From Clostridia bacterium (lineage in GTDB: Bacteria > Bacillota > Clostridia > UMGS1883 > UMGS1540): a stretch of 64,000 nucleotides of DNA. This document shows, piece by piece, positions 15,192-24,222 of this stretch. Position 1 is the first letter of the stretch. Every line of letters begins with the position of its first letter. The position numbers and the translations under genes are program-made. The stretch covers positions 1 to 64,000 of the forward strand of contig JAZSIR010000006.1 in assembly GCA_045533905.1 (NCBI GenBank), in the 5' to 3' direction. Below the pieces are notes generated by a model. It did not search any database, had not been told where the DNA came from, and saw nothing but the letters and a program-made list of their open reading frames with translations.

Positions 15192-17957
15192 TTAGGCTTC
15201 GATGTCTGCCGGTCTGTCCGGAGTTACAGTCTTGTAAACAACTACGTCTACAATCTTGCCGTCGTATACACGAACGTATGCCCAGTGAGCTTCCTTCTCG
15301 TAGTTTGTAGCAACCTTGATCTTAGCAGCGCTGAGTACGTTTACGCTCGGGTTTGCACGTGTTACGTTTACTTCGTATACGTTCACGCCTTCGCCAAGAC
15401 GGAATACTGCGTTTGTATCGTCAGCATCTGCAAGCGGAGTCGGGTTGAGGTCGAAGTCTTCAGCAAGGGATACACGGCCGTTTTCGAGCTTGTAAACGAA
15501 ACCGAATGCTTCCTTAACGAGACCGTCTGCTTCATAGTAAGCAGCGTCTTCGCCAGCGATGATTGCTCTTGCATCAGCAACAGCGGAAACAACTTCGATC
15601 TTGTCGATTGCGCCTTCAACGTCGAGGCTGAAGATGATAACGTCGCCTGCTACAACTGCTTCAGCACCGGTGATTTCGATTTCAGTATCCGGAACTGTTA
15701 CGCCGTATACTTCTTCGCCATTCTGGTAGCCGTAGATCTTGTAGATGGTTTCGCCTTCTTCATCCTGTGTTTCAGCGATTCTGTCAACAACGAGGAGCTT
15801 GGTGCCTGCAACGATGTCAGCCTGTGCGTTCATAGCAACCATGATTGCCGGAACGTCATACTGATCTCTGTCGTAAGCGTTTACAGTGTATTCGTTGGTG
15901 TCTACGAAGAGGGAACCAGCCTTAACAACTGTGATGTCCTTCTTGGTAGCAACGGTTTCTGCAACGTTGAATACCTTTGTTTCAGCATTCATGTAGATGT
16001 TGCTGATTCTGAAGTCATCTTCGTCGAATGCTCTTTCAGAAGCGGTATCGTCCTTGGAGAGGTAGATTTCGTTATCTACGCCTGCATCGCCGATGTAAAG
16101 CTTGTTGATGAGGCCATCGCTGTTCTTGGTGAACTGGAAGATGAGAGCGCCGGAAGCCGGGTTGTTTGCAGCAAATTCAGCTGTAAGGAAACCGGTGAAT
16201 GCGCCAGATTCGATGTTTGCATCAGCTCTGTCGAACTTAGCATACTTCTTAACGCCTGCATTGTAAACTGTTGTGTTGTCAGCGAGGTTGGTGGATTCCC
16301 AAACGCCATCTTCTGTGAGGTAGGTGAGTTCGAGCTTATCCTTTGTGCCAACCTTGTAGAGAGCGGCTTCGAGGAGGTATGCATATGTGCCGGAAGCAGC
16401 ATTTGCAATCTTGTATGCGATTTCGCCTTCTACGTTGATGAAGAACTTGCCTTCGTCAGTCGGGAGAACGGTTACGCCGGCAGCCGGTTCGTAAGCGTTT
16501 TCACCGATTACATATTCGTTGTCGATAACTTCCTTAACATAACCTTCAACAACTACATCGGAGATGTAAACAACTACGATGTTGCCATTGTTGTAGAATG
16601 TGAGGGTGTTGTCAACTGCGATGTCTTCGAAAGCAGCAGCAGCGCCGTCTGCCTTGTAGAACTTCGTGATAACATCTTCGTCTTCAACGTCGATGTCGAT
16701 CGGGCCAGCATAGCCTTCGAGGCGCTTGCCTTCTGCGTCAACCTTCTTAACAACTGCATCGCCGGTAGCTTCCTTAAGGAGTGCTACGTCGAACTGGTCG
16801 TCGTTGTCAGTACCGTTGTCGATAAGGGTGAGAACGCCGTTGGATGTTGCATAGCCACCGCCGAGGAAAGCTGCAACTTCGCCGCGGTCATAACCATTGT
16901 TGAAGAATTCGAGAGTGATGTCGAGTTCGATTTCGATTTCCTTGTCGTCTTCGTAGTATACGAGAACGCCATCTGTATAGTCTTCGATCTGGTCAGCAGC
17001 GATTTCGATGATTTCGTTTCTGCCGGATCTCTTTGCGATAGCAAGGAGTTCGAGTTCGTTTGTTTCTTCGTTTTCAGCAACGTAAGCTGCTACTGCACAG
17101 CCAACGAGAGCTGCTGCATTGGTCTTGCCTTCTGCAACGCCTGCTGCGATGTCTGCAGCGAGGTCTGCATCAAAATTGTCACCGGAAGCATAACCGTTGA
17201 TCTTGGTTACGTCGATTGCAATCTTGTCATCTTCTGTGTCGATGGTAGCTGCTGTGAGGTAGGAACCTTCAACAATACCTTCAACCTTGTTTACCTTGAG
17301 GTAATCTTTGAGAAGAGTCTTGTCTTTGATAACTTTGTACTCTTCATCGCCAGTTGTGTAGTTTTCCTGTTCCATAACGTCTACTTCGAGAGCGTTGAAA
17401 ACGAGGCGTGCTACTGCAGAACGGGGAGCATCTTCACCAGCTTTTACGGAAACACCCTTTGTGATGTTTTCCTGTGCTGCGATGATCATGTAACCAGAGG
17501 GGTAACCACCCTTCTTTTCAGCTTCCGGTGTGCGGCCGAGAGCTGCAACGATCATCTTAATAACCTGCTCGTACTTAACTGCATCTTCGGGACCGAAGTT
17601 GCCATCGCCGTAGCCATTGATGATGCCGCTCTGCTGAGCGAGGTTTACATAACCTGCTGCCCAGTGATCTGCGGGAACGTCAGCAAAGATTGTGCCGCCG
17701 GCTGCACTTGCAGCTTCACCAAGAGCGCGGATGCGAGCAATGATTGCTGCAGTTTCTGCTCTTGTGATACCCTTTTCCGGGTTGAAGTTGCCCTGGTCAT
17801 CACCGATCATGATGCCGAGAGCGTTCAGGGTTTCTACTGCTTCTGCGTAGGATGCGTTATCGTCTACGTCCGGATAAAGGGCGCCTGCGCTAACAGCTAC
17901 GCTGAGCAGCATCGTAAACATTGTTACGAGTGCCAGAACTTTTTTGAGATTTTTCAT
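15192..17957 (-). CDS. S-layer protein with N-terminal SLH domains
   Basis: Signal peptide, SLH repeats (YPDV, ITRAE, FADVPADHWA, INGYGDGNFGP), acidic body, codon usage of a highly expressed gene; terminator at 15144-15172. Confidence 0.9.
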   Translation of the reverse strand: MKNLKKVLALVTMFTMLLSVAVSAGALYPDVDDNASYAEAVETLNALGIMIGDDQGNFNPEKGITRAETAAIIARIRALGEAASAAGGTIFADVPADHWAAGYVNLAQQSGIINGYGDGNFGPEDAVKYEQVIKMIVAALGRTPEAEKKGGYPSGYMIIAAQENITKGVSVKAGEDAPRSAVARLVFNALEVDVMEQENYTTGDEEYKVIKDKTLLKDYLKVNKVEGIVEGSYLTAATIDTEDDKIAIDVTKINGYASGDNFDADLAADIAAGVAEGKTNAAALVGCAVAAYVAENEETNELELLAIAKRSGRNEIIEIAADQIEDYTDGVLVYYEDDKEIEIELDITLEFFNNGYDRGEVAAFLGGGYATSNGVLTLIDNGTDNDDQFDVALLKEATGDAVVKKVDAEGKRLEGYAGPIDIDVEDEDVITKFYKADGAAAAFEDIAVDNTLTFYNNGNIVVVYISDVVVEGYVKEVIDNEYVIGENAYEPAAGVTVLPTDEGKFFINVEGEIAYKIANAASGTYAYLLEAALYKVGTKDKLELTYLTEDGVWESTNLADNTTVYNAGVKKYAKFDRADANIESGAFTGFLTAEFAANNPASGALIFQFTKNSDGLINKLYIGDAGVDNEIYLSKDDTASERAFDEDDFRISNIYMNAETKVFNVAETVATKKDITVVKAGSLFVDTNEYTVNAYDRDQYDVPAIMVAMNAQADIVAGTKLLVVDRIAETQDEEGETIYKIYGYQNGEEVYGVTVPDTEIEITGAEAVVAGDVIIFSLDVEGAIDKIEVVSAVADARAIIAGEDAAYYEADGLVKEAFGFVYKLENGRVSLAEDFDLNPTPLADADDTNAVFRLGEGVNVYEVNVTRANPSVNVLSAAKIKVATNYEKEAHWAYVRVYDGKIVDVVVYKTVTPDRPADIEA

Positions 17958-18076
17958 GTCTCAAAGCCTCCTTAAAAAATTTTTTATTCGAAAGAGATAC
18001 GTTTTTCGGCACGCGCCGCATCTCTTTCAACTGCGACTGTGCATGGAAAATACGGAGTATTTCCCTTACAGGATTG

Positions 18077-18218
18077 ATTATAGCACCCACGTTTTCATCC
18101 GTCAAGCGTTTTTTTCACTTGTAACATAAATGTAAACTTGTGACTAAATCCTTGTCACAATAGGCACTATTTTGCCAATCCTACCGCTTAGTATACGGCA
18201 TTTTGGCATCTTTGTCAA
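18077..18218 (-). promoter_or_regulatory. tandem sigmaA promoters of the S-layer gene with intervening operator-like motifs
   Basis: TTGACG-17-TATAAT (18105-18077) and TTGACA-17-TATACT (18218-18190); TGTAAC-N5-TGTAAA at 18120-18136; TTGTGAC-N9-GTCACAA at 18138-18160. Confidence 0.7.
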
Positions 18219-18389
18219 GGTTTTTGTCGAATTTTTATATCCTTTCCGGATGCACTTTCGGATATATTCCGGAGTTTCTTCCTTATTATAATACGCGCGC
18301 GCGAAGGAAATGGCGCGATATATGCCTTGACTTTTATGCTTCCCTTTGCTATAATATAGGAAAATTATACTATTTGGGAGGAATCACAG

Positions 18390-19238
18390 ATGAAAACACC
18401 CCTTTCTATTGATTTGAACGGTAAAGTTGCAGTTGTTACAGGCGCTGCAGGCGTTCTTTGCAGTATGTTTGCCGAAGCACTCGCCGCAAACGGCGCCGCC
18501 GTTGCCCTTTTGGACCTCAACGGTGAACGTGCAAAGGAAGTTGCCGCAAAAATCTGTGCCGAAGGCGGCCGCGCTATCGGTATTGAAACAAACGTACTTC
18601 AGAAGGAAAGCATTGAAGCTGCACGCGAAGAAGTTCTCAAAACCTTCGGCCCGTGCGATATTCTCTTAAACGGCGCCGGCGGCAACAATCCGCGCGGCAC
18701 TACCGATAAGGAATACCTCTTCCCCGAAGATGTAGAGAATGAAGAAATCAAAACCTTCTTTAACCTCGACCCGAAGGGCGTGGAATTCGTATTCAACTTA
18801 AACTTCCTCGGCACCCTTCTCCCCACGCAGGTTTTCGCAAAGGACATGATTTCGAGAAATGCCATCATCGTAAACGTTTCCTCGATGAACGCGTTCTGCC
18901 CGCTGACGAAAATTCCGGCATATTCCGGCGCGAAAGCCGCGATTTCGAACTTCACGCAGTGGCTCGCCGTACACTTCTCGAAGGTTGGTATCCGTGTAAA
19001 CGCGATTGCACCCGGTTTCTTCGTAACAAACCAGAACCGCGCACTTCTTTTAAATCCCGACGGTACATACACCGCCCGCTCCCAGAAGATTCTTTCTCAG
19101 ACGCCCATGGACCGTTTCGGCGAAGCAGAAGAGCTTCTCGGCACGCTACTTTGGCTGTGCGATAACGGCGCTTCCGGCTTTGTAAACGGTGTTGTAGTTC
19201 CGGTTGACGGCGGCTTTGCAGCCTACTCCGGCGTATAA
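18390..19238 (+). CDS. SDR oxidoreductase, D-mannonate oxidoreductase (UxuB)-like
   Basis: TGAAGVLC, NGAGGN, YSGAK, NAIAPG, VDGGF motifs; TTGACT-17-TATAAT promoter at 18327-18355. Confidence 0.85.
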   Translation: MKTPLSIDLNGKVAVVTGAAGVLCSMFAEALAANGAAVALLDLNGERAKEVAAKICAEGGRAIGIETNVLQKESIEAAREEVLKTFGPCDILLNGAGGNNPRGTTDKEYLFPEDVENEEIKTFFNLDPKGVEFVFNLNFLGTLLPTQVFAKDMISRNAIIVNVSSMNAFCPLTKIPAYSGAKAAISNFTQWLAVHFSKVGIRVNAIAPGFFVTNQNRALLLNPDGTYTARSQKILSQTPMDRFGEAEELLGTLLWLCDNGASGFVNGVVVPVDGGFAAYSGV

Positions 19239-19252
19239 TAAGGAGGAAACAG

Positions 19253-20503
19253 ATGATTTACGAGAGCGCAAAAGGTCTTTCCGAGGCGGAGCTTCGCGCC
19301 GCCCTCGCCGCTTCCATCGAAGGCAAGGACCTTAAAAAAGTGCTGATTATTCCGCCGGATTACACGCGTATGTACAGCGGCGCCGGCGATATCACACGCA
19401 TTTACTACGATCTTTTGAAAGATACGTGCGAAATTGATATTCTCCCCGCGCTCGGCACCCACGTGCCGATGACAAAGGAAGAATGCACCGCCTTTTTTGG
19501 CCCCGATGTGCCGTTTGACCGTATTTTAGTCCATAACTGGAAGACCGACGTTGTAAAAATCGGCGAAGTGCCGGCGGAATTTGTTTCCGAGGTTTCGGAA
19601 GGGCTTGTAAATTCGAAGATTGATGTTGAGGTAAACCGCCTCATTATGGATCCTTCCTATGATCTTATCATTTCCGCAGGGCAGGTTGTGCCCCACGAGG
19701 TTGTGGGTATGGCCAACTACTCGAAGAATATCTTCGTAGGCTGTGGCGGCAACAGTATGATTAACAGCTCGCATATGCTCGGCGCCTTCTATGGTATGGA
19801 GCGCATTATGGGCAAGGACTTCTCGCCCGTTCGCCGCGTGTTTGACTATGCACAGGAAAACTTCCTCAAAGATGTACCGCTTCTCTTTGTGCTGACCGTT
19901 ACCACAAACGTCGGTGACGATGTTTCCATCCACGGTCTTTACATCGGCTCGGAAAGAAGCTACTTTGAAAAGGCAGTTGCCAAAAGCCAGAATACGAACT
20001 TCACGTTCGTGGACGAGCCTCTTCGTAAGGTTGTTGTATATCTCGACCCGCGCGAATTCAAGAGCACATGGCTCGGGAACAAGTCCGTGTACCGCACACG
20101 TATGGCAATTGCCGACGGCGGCGAGCTTATCGTTCTCGCGCCGGGCGTGCATATGTTTGGTGAGGATGCGGAAAATGACCGTCTTATCCGCAAATACGGC
20201 TATGTTGGCCGCGAAAACGTTCTGAAGCTCGTAGACGAGAATCAGGATTTGCAGGAAAACCTCTCGGTTGCGGCGCACCTTATCCACGGCTCTTCCGACG
20301 GGCGCTTCTCCATCACCTACTGCACAGAGAAGCTTTCCGAAGAAGAAGTTCGCGGCGCGGCATTTTCGTATATGCCGTATAAAGAAGCGGCCGCCCTCTA
20401 CGATCCTGCCGTTTTGAAGGACGGGTTCAACACCCTCCCCTCGGGCGAAGAGATTTACTATATCTCGAATCCCGCACTGGGTCTTTGGGACGTAAGAAAA
20501 TAA
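19253..20503 (+). CDS. lactate racemase (LarA)-domain protein, probable mannonate/gluconate 2-epimerase
   Basis: PPDYTR, ALGTH, VVPHEVVGMANYSK motifs; operon with the UxuB-like SDR. Confidence 0.75.
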   Translation: MIYESAKGLSEAELRAALAASIEGKDLKKVLIIPPDYTRMYSGAGDITRIYYDLLKDTCEIDILPALGTHVPMTKEECTAFFGPDVPFDRILVHNWKTDVVKIGEVPAEFVSEVSEGLVNSKIDVEVNRLIMDPSYDLIISAGQVVPHEVVGMANYSKNIFVGCGGNSMINSSHMLGAFYGMERIMGKDFSPVRRVFDYAQENFLKDVPLLFVLTVTTNVGDDVSIHGLYIGSERSYFEKAVAKSQNTNFTFVDEPLRKVVVYLDPREFKSTWLGNKSVYRTRMAIADGGELIVLAPGVHMFGEDAENDRLIRKYGYVGRENVLKLVDENQDLQENLSVAAHLIHGSSDGRFSITYCTEKLSEEEVRGAAFSYMPYKEAAALYDPAVLKDGFNTLPSGEEIYYISNPALGLWDVRK

Positions 20504-20509
20504 AAAAAA

Positions 20510-20874
20510 GGGATGTAAAAAAGGCGCAGAGCGCAAAAAGGCAACGAAAACATTTAACTGGGGTCTATGCGCTTATAAAAAGTAAGTACAGGCAAGTAGG
20601 GACTCTCCAAATAGGAGAGTCCCTTTGATTGTATGCCTTTTTGCTAGAACAAAACTTTGCCGCTCGGCGTACGCATGTACGCCTTCGGGTTTCCCCGTGA
20701 CAAGCCACGGGCAAAGTTTTGCCCTTCTGCATCCTTTTTTCCTATCCCTCGTCGAATAGGCGCAGAGCGCAAAAAGCAAGGGAAATATTTGGCTTGGTTT
20801 ATGCGCTTATAAAAAGTAAGTACAGGCAAGTAGGGACTCTCCAAATAGGAGAGTCCCTTTGTTTTTGTGCCTTT
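20510..20874 (+). repeat. R1 element followed by a tandem partial duplicate
   Basis: 20522-20645 is repeated at 20758-20874, including GTAGGGACTCTCCAAATAGGAGAGTCCC. Confidence 0.85.
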
Positions 20875-20887
20875 AATACAAGATTGA

Positions 20888-21097
20888 AAGCGCACAAGCT
20901 AAAGTTCCGTACATACCCTGACGGGCGCTTTACGGAGCGGCCGCCGACTCGAAGGAAGACGCATGCGGCTTGCCTGAGATAGTCGAGGAAGACTTTTCGA
21001 AGAAAAGGCTTGCCGAGCGGAAAGGCGGTAAAAGGCAAACGCCTTTTAGCGGAGCGCGCCCTGTGGGGGTGGTAGGGGTGCCACACAGCACCCCTAC
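20888..21097 (+). repeat. R3 element
   Basis: Aligns by eye with 13750-14079 and 37795-38009. Confidence 0.85.
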
Positions 21098-21167
21098 AAA
21101 GACAAATCTTTGGAAAAACCACGGCTTTCTGGAGGAATATCAGGTAGGCACGAAGCACAAAAAATGC

Positions 21168-21196
21168 TTGACAAATTTTGGGGCGTATGATATACT
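21168..21196 (+). promoter_or_regulatory. sigmaA promoter of tRNA-Ala
   Basis: TTGACA-17-TATACT with extended -10 TG. Confidence 0.85.
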
Positions 21197-21214
21197 TAAC
21201 TTCATCATAAATAC

Positions 21215-21290
21215 GGGCTTGTAGCTCAGCTGGGAGAGCGCTGCGTTCGCAACGCAGAGGTCGAGGGTTCGATCCCCTTCAGGTCCACCA
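21215..21290 (+). tRNA. tRNA-Ala(CGC)
   Basis: Cloverleaf, anticodon arm CTGCG-TT-CGC-AA-CGCAG, G3:U70 pair, GTTCGA T-loop, encoded CCA. Confidence 0.97.
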
Positions 21291-21708
21291 CGTCGCAGCA
21301 AACTGCGCTGCAATCAAAATGGCCGCTCAGAAGAGCGGCCATTTCTCATATGCTCCGTTGCCGCTCCTTTTTCGTAAAAGGTCACGTTCAAGTCGGCTAT
21401 TCGCTTGCAAGCGCGCTCATGACGCCTTTGTTTCACTACCAACCTTTTACGAGTTCGGTTCGTTTAACGAAGAAGGGAAATACTCCGTGAGGGGGCACGA
21501 GCCGTAAAGAAAACGATTGAGAATCGTTTTTAGGCGAGTGGGGCGCGTCGGGTACCGAAATGCGCAGCATTTGGGTCGACAAGAAGTTTGGATGTTTTTT
21601 GTTATGAAGCTTTTGGGGATCGAACCCCTCTTTTTTCCCTATTATAATTGACTGGGCGAGGGGGTTATGGTATACTGGAGGCGAAAGCCTACAGAAAGGA
21701 CGTTTTTT

Positions 21709-22911
21709 ATGAAACAAATTCCTGAAATTTGCAGTGAAATTTACGAAAGAATTGCATCGCATCACATTCGCCCGCTTGCAGGGAAAAAGCTCTTTGTCAT
21801 TTCCTCGATGTACAACGGCCTTTGGCTTGAGCATGTGTACGATGCCGTTTTATTTGCGACAATGGACAAGGCCTATCTGCCGCTTGCAAAAGACACCATC
21901 GAAGTTTTCATCGAGCACCAAAAGGACGGGCAGTACCCCTTCCGCATTGCGGAAAATGATGGCGTCCTATCCGTCGAATACAGCCAAATTCAGGAATGTG
22001 TTTCCTTCCTTTCGCTGTCCTTAAAAGTTTCGGCAATGCTTTCCGACCCTGCCTTTGACGAGAAGGTTTACGAAAGCGGCAAAAAGTGGATTTCGTGGCT
22101 CGAAACCTACCGGATGACGCGGAAAACAGGCCTTCTTGAAATGTTCGTCGGCTTTGACACGGGGCATGACTTCAGCGGCCGCCTTGAAGGGCTTTCCTTC
22201 ATTAAAAAGTATTTTCTCCCCTCGGGCGAAGCGGCGCCTGCCTCGCTTCTGCCGCCGAATGACGCGGTAGCGCCCATCCTCGCAGTCGATATGAGCTGTA
22301 ATTTCTTTGGGAACCTCATAGCGCTTTCGCGTTTTGCCGAAAAACTCGGAAAAACGGACGAAGCTGCCGCGTTTCGCGAAAAAGCGGCCGAAACAAAGCG
22401 CGCGCTTTTCCGCCATTGCTTCTCAAAAGAGGATGCCTTCTTCTACGATGTGGATAAAAACGACAATATGCGAAAATATCTGTCCTCGACCATTTTCCAC
22501 CTCTTCCTCGAAGGCGTTTTAGACCCCGAAGAGGATAAAGCGCTTATCGACGAAATTTACACGCGCCACATTAAAAACCCCGAAGAATTCTGGACGCCGT
22601 ACCCCTTCCCCTCGATGGCGATTTCGGACCCGAGCGTAAAAAACCGCATCGAGTCAAACTGCTGGGGGTACTATACCCAGGGTCTCATCGCCCTTCGCTC
22701 AACGCTTTGGATGGACAAATACGGCTATAGCGCCGAGTATGACTATATCTGCGAAAAATGGCTCGAGGCTTGGTCTCGTAGCTTTGGCACCTTCAACCTC
22801 GGGCAGGAGCTTGACCCCATCACGGGCGACCCCACGCCCTCGTCCGAGTGGTACTCAAGCACGATGCTTATGTTCCTCTACGCCGCAAAAAGGCTTGGGG
22901 AAATCAAATAA
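21709..22911 (+). CDS. (alpha/alpha)6 glycoside hydrolase, GH63/MGH1-like
   Basis: DTGHD, AVDMSC, FFYDVD, EEFWTPYPFPSMA motifs; TTGACT-17-TATACT promoter at 21648. Confidence 0.7.
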   Translation: MKQIPEICSEIYERIASHHIRPLAGKKLFVISSMYNGLWLEHVYDAVLFATMDKAYLPLAKDTIEVFIEHQKDGQYPFRIAENDGVLSVEYSQIQECVSFLSLSLKVSAMLSDPAFDEKVYESGKKWISWLETYRMTRKTGLLEMFVGFDTGHDFSGRLEGLSFIKKYFLPSGEAAPASLLPPNDAVAPILAVDMSCNFFGNLIALSRFAEKLGKTDEAAAFREKAAETKRALFRHCFSKEDAFFYDVDKNDNMRKYLSSTIFHLFLEGVLDPEEDKALIDEIYTRHIKNPEEFWTPYPFPSMAISDPSVKNRIESNCWGYYTQGLIALRSTLWMDKYGYSAEYDYICEKWLEAWSRSFGTFNLGQELDPITGDPTPSSEWYSSTMLMFLYAAKRLGEIK

Positions 22912-22923
22912 AGGAGAAAAAGA

Positions 22924-24093
22924 ATGCTTGATTTTACATACTACGCGCCGACGAAAGTGTTTTTCGGGCGCGATACCTACAAAAAGATTGGCGAAATTAT
23001 AAAAGGCTACGGCTTTTCGAAAATTATGCTCCAGTACGGCAAAGGAAGCATTAAAAAAACAGGGCTTTATGACGCGGTGATGGCTTCTCTTTCGGAAAGC
23101 GGCATCGAAGTCGTCGAAATGGGGGGCGTATCGCCGAACCCCACGCTCGCCTTTGTGCACGAGGCCATTCGCGTGGCAAGAGCAGAAAAAGTGGAAATGA
23201 TTTTAGCCGTCGGCGGCGGCAGTGTTTTGGACTCTTCCAAAAGCACCGCCACGGGCACCCTCTATGACGGGGACGTGTGGGACTTTCACACGAAAAAGAC
23301 TGCGCCGCGCGCAGCTCTCCCTGTCGGCTGCATTTTAACGCTTGCGGCGGCAGGGAGCGAGATGAGCGCCTCTTCCGTTCTTACGAATGAAGAAATATGT
23401 GAAAAGCGCGGCTGTACGAGCGAATATAACCGCCCGCTTTTTGCCATTTGCGACCCCACGCTTACCTTCACGGTAGATAAATACCAAACGGCGTGCGGTA
23501 TTGTGGACAGTATGGCGCACACGATGGAGCGGTATTTTACGCCCGTACCTGCGACCGAGCTTACCGACCGCGTAGCCGAAGGCATTTTAAAATCCATCAT
23601 TTCGGCAGGGCGCGTACTTATGGAAAACCCCGAAGATTACGATGCACGTGCCACGGCGATGTGGGGGTCGAGCCTTTCGCATAATGACCTTACAGGCTGC
23701 GGCCGCCAGCACGCTTTATGTGTACACCAGCTTGAGCACGCGCTTTCCGGCGCGCACACCGAAATTGCCCACGGCGCAGGGCTTGCAGTACTATTCCCCG
23801 CGTGGGCGCGCTATATCTATAAGGAAAATATACCGCGCTTTGCGCAGTTTGCAAGAAGGGTTTGGGACGTGGAAAATACGGACGATGAAGCCGCCGCACG
23901 CGAAGGCATCGAAAAACTCGCGGCGTTCTTTGCCTCCCTCGATATGCCGACCACGCTTTCCGATTTCGGCATCGAAAAGGCCGAGCTTCCCGCACTTTCC
24001 GACCTTTGCACCTACGGCAAAACGCGCACAATTCCTTCATATCACGCGCTTGACGCTGTCGATATTGCGAAAATTTTTGAAATCTGTTTATAA
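22924..24093 (+). CDS. iron-containing alcohol dehydrogenase (butanol dehydrogenase-like)
   Basis: AVGGGSVLD, AAAGSE, HQLEHALS, HGAGLA motifs. Confidence 0.92.
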   Translation: MLDFTYYAPTKVFFGRDTYKKIGEIIKGYGFSKIMLQYGKGSIKKTGLYDAVMASLSESGIEVVEMGGVSPNPTLAFVHEAIRVARAEKVEMILAVGGGSVLDSSKSTATGTLYDGDVWDFHTKKTAPRAALPVGCILTLAAAGSEMSASSVLTNEEICEKRGCTSEYNRPLFAICDPTLTFTVDKYQTACGIVDSMAHTMERYFTPVPATELTDRVAEGILKSIISAGRVLMENPEDYDARATAMWGSSLSHNDLTGCGRQHALCVHQLEHALSGAHTEIAHGAGLAVLFPAWARYIYKENIPRFAQFARRVWDVENTDDEAAAREGIEKLAAFFASLDMPTTLSDFGIEKAELPALSDLCTYGKTRTIPSYHALDAVDIAKIFEICL

Positions 24094-24222
24094 AAAAAGG
24101 GACCTTTGCTTGACAAAGGTTCCTTTTTTTGGTATAGTGTATACTGCGGGAAATTGAGGTTCCCTCGAATTGAATACGAAAGGGGCAATTTGCGAAATGC
24201 ACTTTGCCGGGAAGGAGACAAG

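Noticed and set aside
15285-17975. 896-aa plus-strand ORF
   Set aside because: Antisense shadow of the strongly codon-biased S-layer gene; no RBS or plausible protein features
20510-20874. CRISPR array
   Set aside because: Only two ~115 bp near-duplicates, no regular repeat-spacer period, no cas genes
24094-24138. Terminator hairpin overlapping the TTGACA-17-TATAGT promoter of the Na/Pi transporter
   Set aside because: Most simply compact packing of a terminator and the next promoter
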